From Eledone cirrhosa (Eukaryota), in assembly GCA_964016885.1 (NCBI GenBank), contig CAXHJY010001471.1:34177-98176 (forward strand): a stretch of 64,000 bases of DNA, given 5' to 3'. Shown one piece after another: positions 11,470 to 24,031 of this stretch (the first letter of the stretch is position 1; each line of letters opens with the position of its first letter). The translations under genes were made by a program, and so were the position numbers. Under the pieces are notes generated by a model. The model ran no database searches. It saw only the letters and a list, made by a program, of their open reading frames with translations, and was not told the origin of the DNA.

Positions 11470-14400
11470 CTACAGAACAATGTAGAGAGAAGGCCCATTT
11501 ACACGAGCCATTCTCGCTTCTTTCACCCACCTTTCATAAAACTGTCTGGGGCCAAGCACTTCTCTCTCCATCCTGATCCTTCTTCCGAAGTGGTATCGGA
11601 AGAAGTAAACCAGGTGATGGCCGGAGAGAAAGTCACCCGACCTCAGACCTTTCAGGCGCGTCCACCACACAACCTCTTTCATCATGGCTATTACGCACAG
11701 AAAGACCGCCTCTGCTTCGTTTCTGAAGGGAGGCGGCGGCTTGATGTTCACCACAGACTCGGCGGTTAATCGAATCGGCGCCACACGTGACAGCAGTCGT
11801 TCGACGTAGCCCCACAGATCGGCAACGCCCGGGAAGTGTACCAGTGCATGCGCAACGGTTTCCTCGTCGCGCACGCATCTGGGACAGATCTTTTTCGCTG
11901 GATCCCTGCCCGGGCGCCCGTGTCTGTAGAGCTTTTCTCGAACGGGCAGAGCCCCCCGGTAACACTGCCAGGCTAGGGACCTCTGGAAGTTGTCCATGGG
12001 TCCCGGGCCGAAAGTTCTACCGAACAGGCTGGCCAGTTCGTCCTCCTCCATGACTAGCGACTCTCCAAGGGTGTCGTCGCCCCTGCTAGCCACCAGCCCT
12101 CTATAGAATGTCGAGGTGGATTCTCCACTGACAGTCGGGTCCGCTTGCCAGATAGCCGTGAGCGCCTGGGCACACTCGGTGTGCCAGTTGCCCAGTTTTC
12201 TCGGTCTTTGCTTCACCCAGGATTGCAGCTCGGTGAGCGAGACGAGCTGTGGGAAGGCTCGCCTCACAAACGGGGCCCACACCGGCTGACCGGTGAGGAA
12301 TACCTGTAGATGCCGTAGCCTCAATGCGTGCCTACGCATCAACAGCCACGGCATACCCAGCCCTCCTTTCGAAGGGTGCTGGCAGCAGATGGATCTCCTC
12401 ACCATGGGAAGCCGCTTCTTCCAGAGGAACTGGAAGAGCATGCGTTCCATGATGGTGATCTTTTCCTTGGGGCAAGGCACGACGGTCAGGCGGTAGCAGA
12501 TGACGGACGCTATGTAAGCGTTCGTCACCTCCGCCCGACCTTTCAGTGATAGTTTGCACTTGGCCCACTTCTGGGTCAGCGCAAACACCCTGCTCGTCAC
12601 CTCGCCCCAATTCTTCTCCACCTGGAGGTCCGGTCCGAACCAGACCCCGAGCAGCTTCACCGGGCCCTCCGTCCACCGCCCGACGACACCATCTAACGGC
12701 ATCGGTTTGCCCCTCCACGTTCCGAGTTGCAAATCGACTGACTTGTCCCGGTTCAGCCTAGCCCCCGTCAGCCTTTCGTATTCCTCCAGTAGGGTGGCGA
12801 TCGCCCCGATTTCCGAGGCGTCCGCCACCATTACTGTTACGTCGTCGGCATAGGCCGAGACCGCTTTGTGCAATCCCGGTTCCAGGGGTATGCCCCGCAG
12901 TAACTCCAACTTCCGCAGCAGTGGCTCGAGAGTCAATACGTACAGAAGGGAGGAGAGGGGGCACCCCAGTCTGATGGACCGGGTGATTTGAAACGGCTCC
13001 GAGAGGTAGCCGTTTACTTTAATCCTAGAGTAGATGTTGCCACTGTGCATGGCAGAAATCCAGCCTCTGAAAACGGGTCCGAAGCCCGCCGCCGCTAGCA
13101 CCGCATCCAGGTAACCATGGTCGACCCTATCGAACGCCTTAGATTGATCCAAGTTGATCAGGGCCCCACCAAAGCCGGGTTCGTTGCCAACCCTCTATAT
13201 GATGTATCGCATGAGGTGGAGGTTGTCGTGAATGGACCTGGACGGGATAGCGCATGTCTGCGCGTCTCCCACCAAACCACCCACCACAAGCGCCAACCTC
13301 TTCGCCAACACCTTGGCCAAAATCTGTAACTCTGCATTCAGCAGAGTTATGGGCCTAAAGTTACTTAAGTCGTCCCCCTTGCTCTCGTCCTTCCTCACTA
13401 GCGTCACCACGCCCTTGGTCACAGAACAGGGAATTCTCCCGTTCTGTTGCCAGTTGCAATAGACAGCCTCAAGGAGTTCGGAGAACAAGACCGGCATAGC
13501 TAAATAAAGTTCGTATGGTAGACCATCGAGACCCGGAGATTTGCGTCTGCTGCATTGGCTGAGCGCTTCCCCGATTTCAGTGGCTGTGATTGGCCTTTCG
13601 CAGCACTCCGGTTCGCCGCTCGAAAGACGCGGTAGACCGTCGAGCAAAGTGCTTTTGAAAGGCCTCGCACATCCGCTCAGGTTCAAGGATCACCCGTCCA
13701 TCCTGGTCTCGCAAAGACCGAATGGTGGATTTAATCCCACTCTTGGCTTCTGTCACGCGGGCCCAGCTAACAGCTTTGGTCCCCTCGTTTCCTAAAGCAC
13801 GTATTTTACTTCGGACAACGCAGCCTTCGTGCTTCGCGTCAAAGAACTGGCTCAACGCCGTTCTCGCCGCTAACACTCTGGCTACGTCTCCGCTCCTAAT
13901 CGCCTCTTCTAGTTTATATGTTAACTCCCTTTCCTTCCTATTTCTATTCGCCGCTAGTTCCTTACTGTAACCTATCGAACTTACTCTAATCTCTCTCTTT
14001 AGAGATACCCACCACCTACTGTTGACGATCGCTCCCGTCAGCCGCATCTTAACTAAGCTACTAATCCGGTTCCTGTAATCTTTCTTTGCCGGCAAGGACA
14101 AGTTCATCTTCCAGTAACCGGGACCCTGTCTATGTGTTCTATCAAGGTTGACCACGCAGGTCACTAATTTGTGATCTGAATAGCCAACCATGATCAATTC
14201 TGGACAACTAAATACGTCCCTATCCTTACTCCTAACCAAAAACCTATCTAGGTACGATCTAGATTGTCCACTGCGGTTTACCCAGGTCCAGGTTGGCGCA
14301 GTTGGACAATCTAGTCGAAATCTATCGACCAGGTCGAATCGATCGAGTAACCCCTTGAGGCTGCTACACCCCCCCCCCCCCTCTATCGGGACATGCCCCT

Positions 14401-14872
14401 GCATAGTCCTAACGCGCATCTAGGATTCCATTCCAGTCCCCCACTAAAAGCAGGGAACGCGACGTTCCTAGAAAAGTCTCCAGACGCTGGAAGAAGTCGG
14501 CTCTTTCAGCCCCGAAGGGGGCATAAAGACCGACCAGTCTGAAAGCCCCGCCTTCACCGCCTCCGACGTCCAGCACCAGTAATCGACCCCCAGGGTCCGA
14601 GTGAACAATCTGTACGTCGAGAGCCAGACGTTTATCCAGCAGTACGGCAACCCCCCCCCCCCCCCCCCCCCCCCACCTCCGGGTTGACAGAGAGATGCGT
14701 GCATCTCAAAGTCATCGAAGGCGGGAGCCAGCTGTCGCACGCTGCTGATCCGACTCTCGCAAACAACCATCACATCTATACTTCGTGACCTGAGGTCACT
14801 TAGTGGCTTTGCTTGCTTCCAAGCTGAGCCCAGGCCACGCGCGTTCAAACAGCCAACTCTCAATTGATCTAT
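11470..14872 (-). pseudogene. ORF2 of copy D (APE-RT-CCHC), frameshifted
   Basis: Same APE, RT and C-terminal motifs as copy B, split over several frames. Confidence 0.88.
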
Positions 14873-16684
14873 TTTGGTGTTGAAAGTGAAGAAAGAAAAG
14901 CACTTACCTCTCCGGGTTGTGTAATTTCCATGGCGTCAGGTGTGTTGGGTGGAGGGATGTTTTGTGGTGGTGTGGGGGTGCCCGAGTGTGGCTGGGTTGG
15001 GGTGTTTGGAGTTGTGTCAGGGAGAGGGGAGGTTATGGGGAAATCTTTCAAGAAGACGCGATTTAACGGTTTTAAACAGGGGGGGGGCTCACGTCCTGTC
15101 TAAATTGTTCTTTTAAGGAACGATAAAGGTCCAGAAGGACCTTTATCATTTTTAAATGGGTGAAGTTCTCTGTTGAGATAAAGTTTGGCCCTTCGGTCTG
15201 CACCAAAGGGCTATTGTTTATTAATTTAAACAGTTTTTTGTTTTCTTTATTTATATATGTGTATTGCAATGTCTTTTTTTGTGATGCTGTCAATGTTTCG
15301 GAGAGGGGAGGCGCAGATTTATTTTTGTTTGTTGAGGGTGGGGTGTTTTTTATTGGAGTTGGTGTTTGTGTGTGGGTTATTTGTGGTGTGCTGGGTGTGT
15401 GCTTTCTTTTTTTTCTTTTAACTTGTCTGAAGGCTTCTCCTCCTTCTTCTTCAGAAGTTGGGGGAAACTCTTCAGCGCTAGGTGGGAGGGACGTCGTGTC
15501 TGGTTGTTTTATTTTTGCGGGAGGGGTAGATTTGTTGCTGTTTTTTCATTATTTGTTTGGAATGCGTTTTGTGGTGGTGGTGGTGCTGTTTGTGTCGTGC
15601 TTGTGGTTGGTAATGGTGGTGGTGCTGTTTGTGTTGGTGATGGTGGTGGTGATGTTTGTGTTGTGCTTGGTGGTGTTTGTATTTTGTTTGCTGTGTGTGG
15701 TATTAGTGTATTTTTGGAGGTGGGTGGTGTTGGTGTACTGTTTGTGGTGGGTGTGGGCAATAGTCCTTTTTGGGGGATACGTTTCGGGCAGTTAGCCTTA
15801 ACGTGTTCCCTTTCCATGCATAAATAGCATGCTGGTCTTCTCCCCTCTACAATTATGTCTATTGGGGTAAGGTCATCCAGCCAGATGCGATCCGGGATTT
15901 GTGCTATTCTTTCGGGCCTCATTTGGACTAGTATGTCGAGGCCCATTCCCAGGAACGCATCTCCAGTTGCCTTCCCAATTGACAGCATTGTGTCTTCGCC
16001 CATATCTATGAAGCCAGCAATAGCCCACCAGAAGTCCATTGTGGGCAGCATTGTTTTTACTTTTACTCTCTGTGTTCTTCTACCCATGTAGGAGGGATAG
16101 AAGCTGTATGTTGTCGATGAGAGTGGGCTTAGGGAAATCTTCTCCGCCGTTTCCTTGTCTTTTGTTAGGACCGAAATGCTGCCATAGAGTCGGTCCTTTC
16201 GTATGAAGAGAATATTCTTCATATAGTCTTTTAGGACCAACTCTATCTCCATTTGGCTGGGCTGTGCTGGCTTTCTTGTTTGGTTTAGGATTGTTCTGAA
16301 GAGAACTGTGTTCTCTGTTCTCGCTTTCTTGAATTCTGGGAGGGAGTTAATGGAAAACATTCCGTTCTCCCCCAAAACAATGTGTTTCTTTGCTTCGGCC
16401 AGTTTTTCTCTGGCGGCAGTTAGGTCAATTGGTGTGTATGTAATGGATTGTTTTGTTTTCTGGGCGAAAGTTGCCCTGTTGTTATTTGTATTATTTTCTG
16501 TTTGTTTGTTTTCCGTTTGCTCATTTTCCTTAACATTTATTTTTTCATTTTCTTTGTTTGTTTCGTTGTCTAATTTTGTTGTAATTATTTTTTGTTCTTC
16601 AGACTTGGGGGGCGTGGCAGAGCTAATGGCAGACATGTCTGCCATCTTTTCCGCCATGCTGCCAAGAAAGAAATTTTTCGGCAA
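14869..16684 (-). pseudogene. ORF1 of copy D, frameshifted in the C-terminal low-complexity region
   Basis: ORFs 15509-16684, 15072-15293 and 14869-15051. Confidence 0.85.
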
Positions 16685-16858
16685 AATAGATATTTATTTT
16701 ACCCCCTAAAAAGGGGGTAAATGCAAAAATGTTTCCCTAAATAACAGGGGTTAGTGTTCCAAATGTGTTGCACTGAAAAATTTATCCGGTACTTACAATA
16801 GTAAGGGTAAATCCCGATGGAATAGCGGAGCCGATGTGAAGCGTGTCTTACTCTATCA

Positions 16859-16880
16859 AGATAGATAGATAGGTAGATAG

Positions 16881-16911
<31 letters not shown>

Positions 16912-16925
16912 GATAGATAGATAGA
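16859..16925. repeat. (GATA)n at the 5' flank of copy D
   Basis: Direct observation. Confidence 0.95.
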
Positions 16926-17319
16926 CACCCGAGCAATAGTAGCCGAAATAACCAAACTAACAAAAATCCTCTTGTTTATAAAAAGAGAAGACATTTTTTC
17001 AGACGTGAAGAAAAAGTAGAAAAACTAAGGCGGAGAAGAAAGCTATATAGCTGTTGTATGTTTTATTATACGTCAGGCATCAGCAGCTCTAATGATTGGT
17101 TTGAAAGTCGACTGATGTCGATAGCAAAAGGTTTGTCTTCACAAGCAGCTGTTGATTACTACGTTGATAAATAGTTAATTCAGTGCGATCGTACACCTTT
17201 GCCCTGTACGTTACCTCATACATAAACACACACGAACACACACACACACACACACATACACAGGCAATAGTTTTCTCTATGTGTATGTCTCTCTCACATC
17301 CTCTCACTCTATCTCTCTT

Positions 17320-18270
<951 letters not shown>

Positions 18271-18500
18271 CTGAGCTTTAGTACACATGTACTCAGATAG
18301 ACATATATTTTAATACAGAAATGCTCTCATATTAACAGTCATCACGAATATGACATGTTCACAAACATTTACAGAGTTTTCACTTATATTCACATGTGTA
18401 TTTGCATCTGCATCTGCATATATATATATATATATATATAATCGTGAACCTAATACCTTTTGTAACTTGTACTCCTGTTGTTGTTGTTGGTTTTTACTTT

Positions 18501-18603
<103 letters not shown>

Positions 18604-18808
18604 TTTAAGTATCTAGAGAGAGAAAAAAGGAAAGATAACCGATACATATATTTAGTTGGCAATAACTTGTGCAAATGTGCTCAATACTCGTGCCTACAGG
18701 GTTAAATATTAGAAGCGTTAATATCTAGCGAGCGAGAAAATAAGCAGAGCAGTTACAGAAGAAATGAATACAAAGGAGTATATACCGTTAAAACATGTTT
18801 ATATAACA

Positions 18809-18853
18809 ATGCATCTACGTACGTTTCGCCCAGAACGGACTTCTCAAGGGCAT
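18809..18853 (-). ncRNA. Minimal type I hammerhead ribozyme motif with U3:A8 core
   Basis: Minus strand reads atgccc UUGAGAA gucc-guucu-gggc GAAA c-guac-g UA gaugcau. Stem I is imperfect. Confidence 0.6.
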
Positions 18854-19106
18854 GGAAAACAAACAAAAAATGATCAGTACGCGACCCATGAGGGGTTTTA
18901 AGGTTAAATTCACATCAGAGTTCATTCTTCGCTTAAGTACATGTGTTGTTATTGCCGCAGAGCAGGGGGGAGTAACTCTGGCCGGTGCTCGAATAATCTT
19001 GTCCCACTGGGCGAAATGTACGTAGGTGCATTGTTATATAAACATGTTTTAACGGTATATACTCCTTGTATTCATTTCTTTTATATATATATATATATAT
19101 ATATAA

Positions 19107-19442
19107 ACGAAAAAAATGAAACGAAATTTCATTTCTCACTCTTAGTACGGCTGTTACTTAAATATAAGTATGTATACGTACATACATATATGTATACAGA
19201 CGTACAGTAGTATGTATATATATATATATATACATCATGCACACATATATATATGTACGTATGGATTCACCGAACATTTATTATAATGCTTGGTGTGTTT
19301 GTAAACAAACATCCCGAATTAAGCCGTACAGTGTCTAGCAACCATCGTTGCTCATTTGTTCAACACTGACAAAGGAACGCTGTACTAGTTTCAAGCTACT
19401 ACTGTACGTCTGTATACATATATGTATGTACGTATACATACT

Positions 19443-19446
<4 letters not shown>
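19107..19446. mobile_element. Diverged, truncated copy of the 48.5-50.9 kb HHR repeat family with a terminal inversion
   Basis: Shares GAAACGAAATTTCATTTCTCACTCTTAGTA ... TGTACTAGTTTCAAGC with that family and breaks within the HHR. Confidence 0.8.
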
Positions 19447-19478
<32 letters not shown>

Positions 19479-19481
19479 GAT

Positions 19482-19534
19482 GAGATTCTACAGGACTAGA
19501 ACTGTTTCATTCTTCAGAAATCATCAGGAATCTC
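19482..19534 (-). ncRNA. Type I hammerhead ribozyme motif, GUA site
   Basis: gagauuc CUGAUGA uuuc-ugaa-gaau GAAA cag-uucuaguc-cug UA gaaucuc, with a perfect 7-bp stem I. Confidence 0.75.
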
Positions 19535-19674
19535 CTGATGATTTCTGAAGAATGAGACAGTTCTAGTCCTGTAGAATCTCATCTATATTAAAACTTTTAT
19601 ACTCTGCTATGTATTGAGTACCTTACTTACTGTGGTTACCTCCGATTCAACCCGGAATAACGTATATATATATA

Positions 19675-19769
<95 letters not shown>

Positions 19770-19904
19770 TTGTGTGTGTGTAGAAGTTCTATTTAAATTG
19801 TTGGGATACAACAAGCAAATATTTTTTATAACTGATATAAAGCACTCAACAAATTATTGGAGTAAAAATACGATATATTAACTATATTTATAAAACCATA
19901 TTTA

Positions 19905-19965
19905 TTTCATTATACATATTTCAAGGACACCAAGTTAAATTATGGTGTGCTTTCATCAGATAAAA
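19905..19965 (-). ncRNA. Minimal type I HHR motif (left arm of fold-back)
   Basis: uuuuau CUGAUGA aagcacacca...ugguguccuu GAAA u-augu-a UA augaaa. Confidence 0.65.
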
Positions 19966-20146
19966 TATAATATAGAGCAGTTTTATAAGTAAATATTGAC
20001 ATACCCTTAAAGAATGCGACCATTTCTGTTGGAAGCTCCCGGATAGTATCCGGGATAGTATCCGGTAGCTTCCAACAGAAATGGTCGCATTCTTTAAGGG
20101 TATGTCAATATTTACTTATTTATTTATAAAACTGCTCTATATTATA

Positions 20147-20207
20147 TTTTATCTGATGAAAGCACATCATAATTTAACTTGGTGTCCTTGAAATATGTAT
20201 AATGAAA
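20147..20207 (+). ncRNA. Minimal type I HHR motif (right arm of fold-back)
   Basis: Same fold as the left arm; the C>U change in stem II keeps a G-U pair. Confidence 0.65.
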
Positions 20208-20611
20208 TAAATATGGTTTTATAAATATAGTTTCCATTTGTTAATATATCGTATATATATATATATATATATATATTTATTAAAATAACAGATTAAAGTT
20301 TAAGCAAAGAATCTCCTATTAATGACGTATTATTCGTTTTTTCCCGTTCTTTGCCAGCGAACGTTACCACGAACCAAAGTATCGTCTTCCTGTCTTCCTC
20401 CGGTTGCAACGTTTTTTGAAATATCCAGTTCTGCGTTTACAGATTGACTTTGTTAGTTTCAGAAGATCCCGTTAAGGGTGAAAGCAGCGATTCTTTGCTT
20501 AAACTTTAATCTGTTATTTTAATAAATATTTGCTCTACGGTTCTTATATATTTGATATATATTTTCCTTATCGAGCCCTCTTTGGATTTTAGTCTTCAAT
20601 TTTATTATTAT

Positions 20612-20678
<67 letters not shown>

Positions 20679-21015
20679 GGAAGAAGCTTTTATTTTCTTT
20701 CAACTCCATTTTATTACATATTAAGCTGCATATGGCTAAGTCTGTGAATGTGCTTCCTTGAATTTCAGTTCAGTTCTTAACATTATCCTTATTATAGACT
20801 ACAGATGTTTTTCTAGCTAAGGAGTGATGGATGAAGTGAAGGTTATTGGGCCATCTGCAATAGGGCAGATGGATGGCCATGTGCAGGCCGAGATATATGG
20901 GGCTTAGTGCATGTTTGTATCTATACAGCTTACTAAAACTGATACGTAGACACATAGTCACACACACACTCACACACTAAAACACGCACGCACACCAACA
21001 GACATACACATATAC

Positions 21016-21328
<313 letters not shown>

Positions 21329-21662
21329 TTGGAACAACACGTGATTAGAAATCGCTGGTGTAATTTGAAAATTGAATGAATTAGTAAGTTCACCATATTT
21401 TTAACTACAGAAAATAGTCTAACAACAGAGCATATAATCCCCGAGTACAGGTATAGATATATGACATAGTCGGTTTGTCACGCCGACAGCAACAATTCAA
21501 ACCGCCCATCGGTCTGCTATTGTCAATCCAGTTATATATATATATTTTTTTTTTTTTATTTTCCTCTAAAAAAAAAAAGGGGGCTCTCCAGCTCTCCAGA
21601 GCGTGAAATTAATAAACATTCGTTGTACTGCCTCTCTGTTTTGTTCCTGTTCAAATTTTTTC

Positions 21663-21718
<56 letters not shown>

Positions 21719-21992
21719 TTTAACAAGCTAGTTCCCGGTACCCAATCGATTATAACAATCTATCGCTGTCATGTCACATACTTATATGTATGTATAGTGG
21801 CGGACTGGGTCTAAAAATCTTGGTTGCCAGGAGATGAATGGGGCCCACCTACATATAGAATGCTATCATTTAATTTTTATAATGAATAAATAATATTTTA
21901 AAAGATACATAAGTGGAAACAAAACAGTGAAATCAAATTTCTGTGGAAAAATATCTTACCTTCTCCAATAAAAATATTATGTATTTTGCGAA

Positions 21993-22026
<34 letters not shown>

Positions 22027-22028
<2 letters not shown>

Positions 22029-22711
22029 TAGCTGATCCGTCCGGCTGGCGTCCGGCTAGGTATACCGGCATTTTATCTTTTCATGAATCCCCCCTCCACT
22101 CCAGTGCAAACATACCGCACGTCCTCTCAAGTCAGCGCTTGTGGGTAACGTGCTCTGATGTTGGGTTTGAATAGTTTTTAGGATTCCCCAGTTCAGCAGC
22201 CAGTACGTTCAAGAAAATTTATTGTTACAACAATAAAGGCTGAACAGAGAACACATTTTTTAACAAACTTTACAATAATTTGTACAACCATAATGGAAAT
22301 TCCAAGTAACAGAAAATACATAAATTACATTGTTAGAGCCTCAGAGTATACAATATTTTTTGTTCGGCCCTGGGGAGCAAAGATGAAGAGATTGTTTGGC
22401 GAGCTCACCTTAGAGCATCCTACATACAATTGACCATGGGAGAAGCATGGTGCATGGTTTCCCCACATAAAGGCCAGCCACTTTTAGGGTTTGACCCTGA
22501 GCTTTGTTGATGGTAATCGGGAAGCTTAGTCTCTCTGTTGCTCTAGTAATATTTTTTATTCTGCAAAATCTGATCTTGTGGCGAGGCTGGGACATTTTGG
22601 GTGTCATATCGGCAGTAACAATGACGATAAGCCGTCTGTGCCTTCGTGAAATAAATACGTTTGTTTATATTTTGTTTTTTGTGGATGCAAAAATATCTGT
22701 ACACGAATATA

Positions 22712-22782
<71 letters not shown>

Positions 22783-23225
22783 TTGTTGAGAGGGCGTGCT
22801 GTATCTTTGCACTGAATTAATTAAAAGTTGGTTAGAAGCGAAGTCAGTGCAGACAGGCAACCAGACAGACAGATATTATAACCGTGCGACGTTATAGCTA
22901 TGTATCTAATGCAAACAGCCAGACGTACAGACACATATTATAAGGGCGCGACATTATAGCTATGTATCTATCTAAAAAGACAGACTAAGAAAGAGAGAGG
23001 AATATCGTATAACCGGAAGTGTTGACATTTGAAAATGTTAAAAACGTGAATATTTAAATAAACGATAAAATATCTTTAATCTTTTAACGAAATTCAGAAG
23101 ACAAAAATACGGTCACTTTTTTACTTGGAAATAGTTACATCTATGGTGCAAATTTGGTGCTGTTTGGTCCAGCCGTTTGGCGCAAAGTTTGTTACTTACA
23201 TACGACCGTCAGCTTTATAGTATAG

Positions 23226-23228
<3 letters not shown>
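22027..23228. mobile_element. Helitron/Helentron remnant
   Basis: Minus-strand Pif1 helicase C-terminal motifs (TINKAQGQTL, SHGQLYVGCS, TKNIVYSEAL) at ~22330-22640. Termini ACTAGC+hairpin and ...CTTTATAGTATAGAT. Confidence 0.65.
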
Positions 23229-23291
<63 letters not shown>

Positions 23292-23327
23292 TACACAATA
23301 ATCAAATATATGTTCAAATCATTTTAT

Positions 23328-23372
23328 TGCTGACACGTTTCTTCCAAACTTTCGTTTGGAATCATCGGAGCA
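23328..23372 (-). ncRNA. Type I HHR motif with U4C core (CCGAUGA)
   Basis: ugcu CCGAUGA uuccaaac-GAAA-guuuggaa GAAA c-gu-g UC agca. Confidence 0.7.
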
Positions 23373-23475
23373 CTACCAATGTTTGTACATATAATTAACC
23401 TCCTATTCAACTGTACTGACCTTTCCTGTTTATAGTTGTATTTCGTGTATACATAACTATAAATAATATTGTGAG

Positions 23476-23655
23476 TTGGCAGTATCGGTAGAGTGTCGGA
23501 CATGCTTTCCAGCATAGTTATGTCCCTTTACGATCTGAGTTCAAATCCCGCCGAGGTTAACTTTGCCTTTCATCCTTACGGGGTCGATAAAATAAAGTAC
23601 CAGTAATATACTGGAATAATTGCTGGCCTTGTGCCAAAAGTAGAAACAATTATTA
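23476..23655 (+). mobile_element. tRNA-derived SINE with Nin/Deu-like central domain
   Basis: A-box-like GGCAGTATCGGTAGAG, B-box GAGTTCAAATCC, then GCCTTTCATCCTTACGGGGTCGATAAAATAAAGTACCAG and an (ATT)n tail. Confidence 0.8.
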
Positions 23656-23693
23656 TTTATATATATTCTTGCGAGTGTGTATATATGTTCGTT

Positions 23694-24031
23694 TTTATGA
23701 AAGGTGGGTGAAAGTGGCGAGAATGGCCCGTGTGAATGGGCCTTCTTTTTACATAAGCCTGTAGGTGGAAAAGAGGAAGGAACGAGGGAGCACCCCCTCT
23801 CTGTGCTCCTGAGGAAAAGGGTTGCACACTTTTTTCGGGGGTGTGTGCGACCCCCCAAGGCGCCTCCTCTCTATTGAGGATTTTGTTACAAATTTTATTT
23901 TTTGTTATATTTTATTTTATTTTATTTTTATATTTTGTTATTGCCTCCTCCTTATTGAGGACGCTTTTTTGTGTAAACTACCCCCTTTGTACTTGTCCCA
24001 CTTTTGATGCCCTGGTGGCAAATAAAAGAAA
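23694..24031 (+). mobile_element. 3' fragment of the Tx1 family
   Basis: Encodes FYERWVKVARMARVNGP and ends ...GTGGCAAATAAAAGAAA. Confidence 0.85.

Larger units (their letters stand above)
11238..16853 (-). mobile_element. Full-length Tx1 copy D (~5.6 kb), same subfamily as copy A
   Basis: ORF1 knuckle CYLCMEREHVKANC. ORF2 pieces 14468-14863, 13577-14419, 13195-13686 and 11470-13152 carry YADD and CPRC. 3' AATAAA is followed by (TATC)n. Confidence 0.92.

Noticed and set aside
15080-15884. Intron explaining the ORF1 deletion in copy A
   Set aside because: The boundaries are not GT-AG in any register; a microhomology deletion fits better.
98-16709. Plus-strand ORFs over the Tx1 array
   Set aside because: They are antisense shadows of ORF1 and ORF2 with no independent motifs.
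23476-23560. tRNA genes at SINE heads
   Set aside because: A/B boxes are present but there is no complete cloverleaf, and they continue into SINE body and tail.
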